A DNA stretch of 64,000 nucleotides from an uncultured virus (IMG/VR IMGVR_UViG_3300018475_000128). Taxonomy: Duplodnaviria; Heunggongvirae; Uroviricota; Caudoviricetes. The translations under genes and the position numbers were made by a program. Of this stretch, positions 57,122 through 64,000 are shown piece by piece. The stretch lies in the IMG/VR virus record IMGVR_UViG_3300018475_000128; one strand, given 5' to 3'. Position 1 is the stretch's first letter. Each line of letters opens with the position of its first letter. A model generated the notes under the pieces. That model worked only from the letters and a program-made list of their open reading frames with translations. It ran no database searches and had not been told where the DNA came from.

Positions 57122-59020
57122 TTAGCCAGCGATAACGGGCTCCTCAATAACGATAGCTGAGTAAGGATCAACAAGAGCACCGGACAAGCGAGTCTCCATG
57201 AGATACTTGTACTGGTTGTAGTCGATGTCGAAGTCCTCGAAGCTAGTGATCTCGCCACCCTTAGCGCAACCGAACTGATAGTTGCCCATATTTACGAAGA
57301 TACCAAGAAGCTTGAACTCCTTATCCTCGTCATCCTTACGTGCTTCAAGATCAGCGAACTGCTCAACAGTAAAGATGTTAGCAACGTTCAATACCTTAGC
57401 AAGATCGGCAGCAGAGTCGTAGATACGACGGCCGTTCATGTCACGAGCAAGAAGCATGGTGTTGAGCAAGTTAGGATCACAGTAGAAGTCAAGAGCGCCC
57501 TTGCCCTTATACTTGATGCGAGCTTTCATAACTGCAGCAATAATGGCCTCAGAATAGATGAACTCCTCACCGAAGTTAGCGCCAGTGCCAGTACCCTGAA
57601 GCTTGGTCTTCATACCAGCTACGTCAACAGTCTGACGGATGGTGTAAAGCTCTTCGTCAGTCCAGATAGGACGAATATTCTGATCAGAGATCTTCTCATC
57701 ACCTTCGTTGCGCTGATCGCCAACAAGAGCAGCAAGAGCTACAGTCTCTTCCATGGTGTGCTTCATGATATTGCGCATATATGCGATAGAATCGAAGTCC
57801 ATATCGATAACGTCATCACGATGCAAGCTGTCCTTGACGTATACGGTCTGAGGATGAGTCTCACGCTTGAGCAACTTAACGTTAGCAGCAGTCTTCTTCT
57901 GATCACCCTTCTTGTAACCCTTAGCAGTAAGTTCTGCTACACGAGCATCAATCTGGCGAGTACGAACACGAGCGATAGGGCTCTTGTTAGCTTTAGCCAT
58001 TACATGACCAACCCAGCCCATGTCGCGCTCCAACAGAGCGGGAGCACCAGGATGAGCATCCTTTACATCGGTGAACAATACGTCGATGGGTTCGCCATCT
58101 TCTGCGCCGAAGCCATGAGCAAGGCTATCAGCATTGTTTCTAGCATAGATTTCTACGCCCTTCTTAAAGCTACCTACAGATTTAGCAGTTTCGATAATTT
58201 CCATTTGGTCTGCGTGAGAGAGGAAAGTGCCCTCCTGCTCTACGTCACGTTCAAATACATTAGTGTGCATAATTTCATTGCCTCCTTCAGAATGTTTAAC
58301 ATTTTCATCATCTTCCTCATCGGTTACGCCAGCATCTTCAAGTGCCTGACCGATAAGTGCATAAACTACAGTCTTCTGCTCTTCAGTGAGAGTATCGAAG
58401 ACATCTTTTACGGTTTTGTCTTTGGTTTCAGTTTCAGTCTTAGTTTCGGTTTTAGGCTCTTCTTTAACCTCAGTTTCAACCTTGTTTTCTTTTTCGTTTA
58501 CCACGGGTTTGTCATCCTCCTTTTTGTTATTGTTTGAGTGCTCCAAAGTTTGATCTTCTTCAGTATAGTGATGAATCATAATATTCTCATCATAGCCTAC
58601 GATCAAGCCCTCTTCTGTGTCTTCACCATGTACCATAACGGAATCGATGAATGCACCGGGATTTGCACCGGCCATCACAATACTTACTTCTCTGATCATT
58701 CCATGAAGAACGTCATTACCAGTCTGTTTCAACTTGTTAGCGTAAATGGACAAAGCCTTTACGTCACCATGTCTAACAGCTTCTTTTGCTGCCAAGCCAG
58801 ATTCGCTTTCGTTAAAGGTGCAGTATGCATAAACACCCTCATCGCGATTCTCAAGCAGCGCATGACCCAGAATGTTATCGGGATCATTGTGATTGTGGTT
58901 CCAAACCAGAGGAACTGTCTGCCCATCGCTATGTTTGAATGCATCTTTACGAATTGTTCTACCATCACTGCATAGGAGATCGTTTCTCGTGGCCCAACCA
59001 CTAAAATGATATTGCTCCAT
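57122..59020 (-). CDS. HK97-type prohead protease - scaffold - major capsid fusion
   Basis: FSGWAT...PLVWNHNH...LSI...REVSIVMAGANPGA protease; acidic linker; capsid DMNGRRIY, FDIDYNQYKYLMETRLSGAL. Confidence 0.88.
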   Translation of the reverse strand: MEQYHFSGWATRNDLLCSDGRTIRKDAFKHSDGQTVPLVWNHNHNDPDNILGHALLENRDEGVYAYCTFNESESGLAAKEAVRHGDVKALSIYANKLKQTGNDVLHGMIREVSIVMAGANPGAFIDSVMVHGEDTEEGLIVGYDENIMIHHYTEEDQTLEHSNNNKKEDDKPVVNEKENKVETEVKEEPKTETKTETETKDKTVKDVFDTLTEEQKTVVYALIGQALEDAGVTDEEDDENVKHSEGGNEIMHTNVFERDVEQEGTFLSHADQMEIIETAKSVGSFKKGVEIYARNNADSLAHGFGAEDGEPIDVLFTDVKDAHPGAPALLERDMGWVGHVMAKANKSPIARVRTRQIDARVAELTAKGYKKGDQKKTAANVKLLKRETHPQTVYVKDSLHRDDVIDMDFDSIAYMRNIMKHTMEETVALAALVGDQRNEGDEKISDQNIRPIWTDEELYTIRQTVDVAGMKTKLQGTGTGANFGEEFIYSEAIIAAVMKARIKYKGKGALDFYCDPNLLNTMLLARDMNGRRIYDSAADLAKVLNVANIFTVEQFADLEARKDDEDKEFKLLGIFVNMGNYQFGCAKGGEITSFEDFDIDYNQYKYLMETRLSGALVDPYSAIVIEEPVIAG

Positions 59021-59048
59021 TTTGAAGTTGCCTCCTTCTCATAGATTT

Positions 59049-60368
59049 TTATTCATCCATGAGCGCACTGATAGGTGCATCCCATAGACTTGGAGATTGT
59101 ATATCATCAGAGGTCTCATTTTCATTTGACCCCGGATAATCATTAGTTGTAGACATCGGATTGCCCGATTGTCCATTTTCATCAGGATGATTAAGATTGC
59201 TATTACGCAACTCATCAGCCTTAGGATCATCAGACGGTTTCATACCGATAATCTGTCTAACTTCATTGCTGGACAAGATTTCATTACGTGTAAACTTATC
59301 AGCAATGTCTGCAATATTATTGACAGGAACAAGCTTGAACGGATCTTTGAAGTACATGATTGTCTGACCCTGAGTTCTAGCTGTTTTTGTTAAGAAACTA
59401 CGTTTCATAGCATCAACAATAGCTGACACTATTGGTTCAATAGTTCTATTATTATAGTTAAGCATTACTTTCTCATCGGCTGTACCGTCCAATACAGAAG
59501 GTGTCATACCGATTTGACTGTAAAGCTGATTTGTTAAATACTCGATCTGTTTCATGAGATTATTCTCAACAGGTCTATTTAACTGAGTAATTTTCTCGGT
59601 TCCATCAGTATAAGCAATACCGTATGGTCCTTTTAACTGATCCTCGATATCCTTGCGGCGCTTTTCAGCCTGTTGCTGACGAGCTTCGGTCTTAATTACA
59701 TATGGTAACTGAATAATAAGATCCAATTTACCAGAACCACTCTGCTCATCAATAGCATCCAGAATATTCAGTTTTCTTATAAGACGCTGCATAGTCGAAT
59801 TCGGTTCATTAATAACTGCATAGAGAGGATTCTCTATGATAGCAACCGTCTTTTTAGGAAGTATAATGTCTTCCCTCTTACCAGTCCTATCGTTATAGAC
59901 TCGAACCTTGACATGAGCAGGATACCACTCTAAAATCTTTCCAGTTCGCATTGACAAGATATCATATGAACTAGATTTCATAGGATCGATTGAAGTATCA
60001 ACAGGGACAATAGCTACGGCGCCTTCATCAAACATCGACATTACAACATCCTGAATAAAGGAACGTCCTGTCTGATCTATGTTGGCTTCGAGTGTCAAGC
60101 AGTCATTCAAGGTTGAATTCATATCTTCTATGTATCTACCATTTTTGTCTATACGACAATGTTTGATGGCTATAGAAGCTACATCCATAGCTATTCGATT
60201 GTATACTGAGGTAACTGTCGATCGTTCGTTACCGCGAGTGAACCGCACACGGTCCGGACGATACACATAACCCATACCAACATTGCTATACGGCACGGTC
60301 ATGTTTTCTTGACTCTTTTTAAATGCATTCCACGCTCGTTTAAGCCTGGATGACAATGTTGACTCCAT
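59049..60368 (-). CDS. portal protein
   Basis: VYNRIAMDVA, EANIDQTGRSF, SSNEVRQIIG; upstream of protease-capsid. Confidence 0.88.
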   Translation of the reverse strand: MESTLSSRLKRAWNAFKKSQENMTVPYSNVGMGYVYRPDRVRFTRGNERSTVTSVYNRIAMDVASIAIKHCRIDKNGRYIEDMNSTLNDCLTLEANIDQTGRSFIQDVVMSMFDEGAVAIVPVDTSIDPMKSSSYDILSMRTGKILEWYPAHVKVRVYNDRTGKREDIILPKKTVAIIENPLYAVINEPNSTMQRLIRKLNILDAIDEQSGSGKLDLIIQLPYVIKTEARQQQAEKRRKDIEDQLKGPYGIAYTDGTEKITQLNRPVENNLMKQIEYLTNQLYSQIGMTPSVLDGTADEKVMLNYNNRTIEPIVSAIVDAMKRSFLTKTARTQGQTIMYFKDPFKLVPVNNIADIADKFTRNEILSSNEVRQIIGMKPSDDPKADELRNSNLNHPDENGQSGNPMSTTNDYPGSNENETSDDIQSPSLWDAPISALMDE

Positions 60369-60381
60369 TTTGACTTTCACC

Positions 60382-60948
60382 TCAATCCTTTAGTGTTTCA
60401 TTAACAAAAGAATAGGCTCCAGCCAACTCTTCTTGTGACAGATTCGAAATTTTTCTATTCATCGCCGATATGTAGGCTTTATTATTAGCGATTTTCATAC
60501 GAGCCTTAGCTGCTTTTTTAGCGACCTTGTCAGACTTAACAGAATACTTCATTGCTTTCGCTCCGTACCCAGTTGTCTTCGAAATTCTATTAGCATCTAC
60601 TTTGGCTTTAGCAGACTTGTATTTAGCCTTCTCAGCCCTATATTCCAACGTTGAACGCTTAAATTCGTTATCGCTATTTAAAGCTTTCTTACCAAGATTA
60701 GCAGCTCTCTTAGCATACTTGGCAGACTTCTTAGCAGCACGATTATATCTTCCAAGATCCTTACTAGCATGTAGCTTTTCAGATTTCTTGTTGAAGTTTG
60801 CAGACTTAGCATCTAAAGCAAGAGCCTTATTTCGAAGTCGCTCATTTGATGCTGCTTTATGCTGAGCTCTCCTAACGCCCCATTTCATACCGACTACACC
60901 ATAGTGGTAAAGTTCTTCACCTGAAGTTAAATAGTATTTATTCTCCAT
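60382..60948 (-). CDS. basic protein with ELYHYGVxGMKWGVRR motif
   Basis: N-terminal motif; K/A/R-rich helices. Confidence 0.7.
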   Translation of the reverse strand: MENKYYLTSGEELYHYGVVGMKWGVRRAQHKAASNERLRNKALALDAKSANFNKKSEKLHASKDLGRYNRAAKKSAKYAKRAANLGKKALNSDNEFKRSTLEYRAEKAKYKSAKAKVDANRISKTTGYGAKAMKYSVKSDKVAKKAAKARMKIANNKAYISAMNRKISNLSQEELAGAYSFVNETLKD

Positions 60949-60964
60949 TTTGACTTTCACCACC

Positions 60965-61459
60965 TTACGAATTCTTGTCGAGTACGGATCTCGTCATATA
61001 ACGAAATCCTGATTCGGCAAGGGTGGTTACAGCACCTGCACCGATATAGGCAGTCGCAAACGCTGGATTAAATGCAGCCAAAGTTAAAGCGGTATATGCA
61101 TTACTACCGATACTAGCTGCACCAAATAATTGATTAGTAACAGCAAGACCTCTTTTGATAGTAATGTTAGGAACTTCTTTTACAGCGGTATCGCTGATGC
61201 TTTTACCAAGTTTATCTCGTTCGCTATTACTTTTAGCATTTCTAAACTGGTCTTCAACATCGCTCATGTATTTCTTCTTACGAAGATTAACTTTGCGTAT
61301 TGAATCCTTGTATTGCTGTTTTGTGATCTTTCCAGAACGATATTGTTCTTTTAGTTGATCAGCAGCAACATTTCGGCGATGGTTAGCGAGAATTCGAGTA
61401 TCTCTTCTAACGCCCCATTTCATTCCTGGGACGCCATAGTGGTATAATTCATCATTCAC
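60965..61459 (-). CDS. ELYHYGVxGMKWGVRR motif protein with C-terminal hydrophobic hairpin
   Basis: DELYHYGVPGMKWGVRR; start uncertain. Confidence 0.65.
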   Translation of the reverse strand: MNDELYHYGVPGMKWGVRRDTRILANHRRNVAADQLKEQYRSGKITKQQYKDSIRKVNLRKKKYMSDVEDQFRNAKSNSERDKLGKSISDTAVKEVPNITIKRGLAVTNQLFGAASIGSNAYTALTLAAFNPAFATAYIGAGAVTTLAESGFRYMTRSVLDKNS

Positions 61460-61470
61460 TGTTAACCACC

Positions 61471-61734
61471 TCATCTCTTATAAACCGATGTGGGTAGTTC
61501 TTTACCAGAATTATATTCATCCATAGAAATATAAAACGGTTTAAAATCTCTAACTTCACCGGTCTTTTTATTAACACTTATCAAACCGTCCAGCATAGGA
61601 GATCGTCTATTAGACAGTGACAACATATCGGGTGCTAAATGAAAGACAAATACCGAATCATACTCGAATACTTTTCCTACCTTAACAGCAGGATTCTTAA
61701 ATTTTAAAAGCGCATAAGCTTGTTTAGCAGTCAT
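61471..61734 (-). CDS. small protein, candidate immunity partner
   Basis: 87 aa directly downstream of papain-fold gene; VNKKTGEV. Confidence 0.45.
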   Translation of the reverse strand: MTAKQAYALLKFKNPAVKVGKVFEYDSVFVFHLAPDMLSLSNRRSPMLDGLISVNKKTGEVRDFKPFYISMDEYNSGKELPTSVYKR

Positions 61735-61738
61735 GTCA

Positions 61739-62917
61739 TCACCTCTCCTTTCTGTTTCTAACAGTTCTTAATATTTCTTCAGTTGGTTCTAAATTGTCAA
61801 CTCGGACATAGTCATAACTAGATATTAGCGCTGGTTCATATCCTTCCATATTAATTATGATACCTGTAGCCCCTTCTGTAATATCTACTATTTTGCCATT
61901 CTGACAATCTCGAATTACGACTTCACCATTTTCTACTTCCCACACAACATCGTGTCCTCCGCCGTTAGCCCAAATCAAACCTAGGTGACCTCTTGCTCCG
62001 TCGCCATTACTTTCGAGAGACTTTATTAACAACTCTTTTTTACTAAGAACATCGTCACGAGATTTTATTGTGGCATAATGCGCATTTCTAACATCAACAT
62101 TGGATACACTTTTAGCACCTTTGTACCAACTACAAATATCATCAATTGTATAAGCTTCTACAGTGCTTATGGGGTTGGCTTCCACATCATATCCACGTTT
62201 TCGTAAATCGTATGCAGCGGTGCAAAAAGAACAGTTCATGCTGTAATCGTATGTTTTATCGTTGAATTTGGGGTTTACTTTCTTTTGGTGTTCGTCGTTG
62301 CTTTGTTTGCTATCAATTTTCTTAAGTTCAGAAAACGATTTAGGAGTTGTTAGTTCAACTTGTAAAGCTGCCAAAGCAGGAGCTACTAAATTAAAAACAG
62401 CTTTACCAAAACTACCGAATAGTGTTTGCGCTACAAAATTTTTAGCATTAGATTTTGCAGTATCAGAAGGTGTGGCATTAATTTTTTTATCCAAAGACTT
62501 ATCAACAGTATTCTTTCCTTTTATATATGCCTGATAAGCTTTTTCTGAATAGAAGTACCTATATGTATCTCCGACTGGAACTTTAGCTATGTATTTAAAT
62601 ACTCGCTTTTTAACCGAATCTATAATGTTTTTGGTACCGCTAGTTACTTTACTAATGGTATTTTTAACAGGCTTATTTACATACTTAGACAAAGTTTTCT
62701 TACCAGAGCCAACTAATTTACTAGTCTTTTTACCGATACTATTCAGTGTCGATTTAACGTCTTTTTTAAGACTCTTATAATCGTAATAGTACTTCCATTT
62801 ACCTTTGACTTTTTCTTTTTTAATATACTTCCAGTGCATCAATTCGTCGTCTACCGATTCATCAATAGAACTATGATGTATTAAATCACTAAGTGGAGTA
62901 TCTCCGGTGATTTTCAT
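61739..62917 (-). CDS. ELMHWKYI-motif protein with C-terminal papain-fold (Tox-PL/deamidase-like) domain
   Basis: NCSFCTAAYDLRKRGYDVEA...GGGH...DCQ (Cys-His-Asp). Confidence 0.65.
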   Translation of the reverse strand: MKITGDTPLSDLIHHSSIDESVDDELMHWKYIKKEKVKGKWKYYYDYKSLKKDVKSTLNSIGKKTSKLVGSGKKTLSKYVNKPVKNTISKVTSGTKNIIDSVKKRVFKYIAKVPVGDTYRYFYSEKAYQAYIKGKNTVDKSLDKKINATPSDTAKSNAKNFVAQTLFGSFGKAVFNLVAPALAALQVELTTPKSFSELKKIDSKQSNDEHQKKVNPKFNDKTYDYSMNCSFCTAAYDLRKRGYDVEANPISTVEAYTIDDICSWYKGAKSVSNVDVRNAHYATIKSRDDVLSKKELLIKSLESNGDGARGHLGLIWANGGGHDVVWEVENGEVVIRDCQNGKIVDITEGATGIIINMEGYEPALISSYDYVRVDNLEPTEEILRTVRNRKER

Positions 62918-62950
62918 TCACACACCTCCTTTTAGTTTAAAAAATAGAAT

Positions 62951-63484
62951 TTAATATAATCCTCTATAACCCGCAAGCTTTCTAGCTTCGGAATCGTTAT
63001 TTATACTTTCTTCAATACCAACTCTTCTGTTAGTTTTGAAGATATCGCTGTCGACAAACATTTCACCGGCAGACTCTCCTATTACAGTTCCGACAATTTT
63101 TCGTCCAAGACCTGCAATAAAAGTCTTACCTTTAGCCTTTTTGAGAGCGCTACGTTCGTCCATCATATCCTGATAAGACATTGACATGACTTTACTACTC
63201 TCCAAATATTCCATACCGCTAGCTTTAAACAAACGATACTGGGCTTTCGCAAATCTATTGCTTGTAAACAGACCACCTTTAGTCATAGCTTTTTTTTCTA
63301 GTCTATTGCGATTTGCTAGAAGTTTATCGACTTGGTATTTTTCAACTATTTTATCGAGTTCTTTTGATTTGTATTTATCAAGTCGTTTTTGACCGGCTTC
63401 AGTCAAACTGCCGTCGGCATTCTGGTAGCGACGAACACCCCATCGCATACCCTTCGTACCATAATGATAGAGTTCACGCTCCAT
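62951..63484 (-). CDS. ELYHYGxKGMRWGVRR motif protein
   Basis: ELYHYGTKGMRWGVRRYQNADGSLTEAGQKR. Confidence 0.7.
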   Translation of the reverse strand: MERELYHYGTKGMRWGVRRYQNADGSLTEAGQKRLDKYKSKELDKIVEKYQVDKLLANRNRLEKKAMTKGGLFTSNRFAKAQYRLFKASGMEYLESSKVMSMSYQDMMDERSALKKAKGKTFIAGLGRKIVGTVIGESAGEMFVDSDIFKTNRRVGIEESINNDSEARKLAGYRGLY

Positions 63485-63496
63485 TTTGACTTTCAC

Positions 63497-63997
63497 CTAC
63501 TTTTTCTTACTAAACATCTTAGATAACGATTTGGTTATGGCTTTAGTACCTTTATCGATCTTAGATTTTGCTGCCCGAAGCTTATAAAGAGGTGTTGCTT
63601 CATATTTCTTAACAGCATCTTTGTATTTCTTCTCAGAATTTTTAAATTTAGTAGACATGCGTTGTTCCCATTTTTTATTACTTTTATACTCGTCAATATA
63701 TTCGTAGTGTTTTTCATTTCCTGTCTTTAAGGCATTCATGACTTTCTTTCTAGAATAACTTGAGTCTTTGACAGCGTCGTCGTATTTTTTCTTTCTATCG
63801 TCCATGTTACTTTTGGCTTTTTTCATTTCGGCTTCAGCATACTGACCGTAGTCATAGTAGTAACGCCATTTGCCATTGGGGAGTTTTTCTCTCTTGATAT
63901 ACTTCCAGTGCATCAATTCGCCTTCATCAAGATCTATGTAGCGGATGTCTCCACCATGCATAAGCACATCAACAGGTGTGTTCATATCTATTCTCAT
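63497..63997 (-). CDS. basic ELMHWKYI-motif protein
   Basis: ELMHWKYIKREK...GKWRYYYDY shared with 61739..62917. Confidence 0.65.
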   Translation of the reverse strand: MRIDMNTPVDVLMHGGDIRYIDLDEGELMHWKYIKREKLPNGKWRYYYDYGQYAEAEMKKAKSNMDDRKKKYDDAVKDSSYSRKKVMNALKTGNEKHYEYIDEYKSNKKWEQRMSTKFKNSEKKYKDAVKKYEATPLYKLRAAKSKIDKGTKAITKSLSKMFSKKK

Positions 63998-64000
63998 TTC

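Noticed and set aside
1..64000. stop-codon reassignment
   Set aside because: Long genes are intact in the standard code, TAG/TGA/TAA all end genes, and there is no suppressor tRNA (the UAA anticodon reads Leu UUA)

Overview
Partial genome of a temperate, long-tailed siphovirus (Caudoviricetes). The host is probably a low-GC Firmicute, judged from GGAGG ribosome-binding sites, a CHAP endolysin and YopX/ArpU-like genes. Almost everything is on the minus strand. From the right end: a block of putative head-cargo genes, portal, protease-capsid fusion, head-tail/tail genes, a 2816-aa tape measure, tail-tip proteins, holins and endolysin. Next come a block of self-contained mini-cassettes, an apparently intact attP, a large serine integrase and repressor (+ strand), then cro and early genes. 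Replication genes follow (SF3 helicase/primase-PolB fusion, SSB, SNF2-like helicase), then a tRNA/structured-RNA cluster, an NAD+ metabolism cluster and a Ro60/TROVE-like vWA protein. Most notable: (1) an array of six covarying hairpin RNA units with a conserved RCAGCAA bulge and tRNA-arm-like apical loops, directly upstream of the Ro60/TROVE-like gene; (2) 18 copies of a fixed-spacing promoter-like motif (CGCR-N6-ACA-N5-TNTWAT-GR), each heading a short ORF or ncRNA cassette, several of them degenerate tRNA-like RNAs; (3) a NARP1-like NAD+ reconstitution cluster that appears rewired through nicotinate (PncA, NAMPT-fold enzyme with Ser at the D219 position, NadE, no NMNAT in the window); (4) 11 exact co-oriented copies of TCAAAATGGAG. 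All family assignments come from motif recognition by eye, not from database searches.
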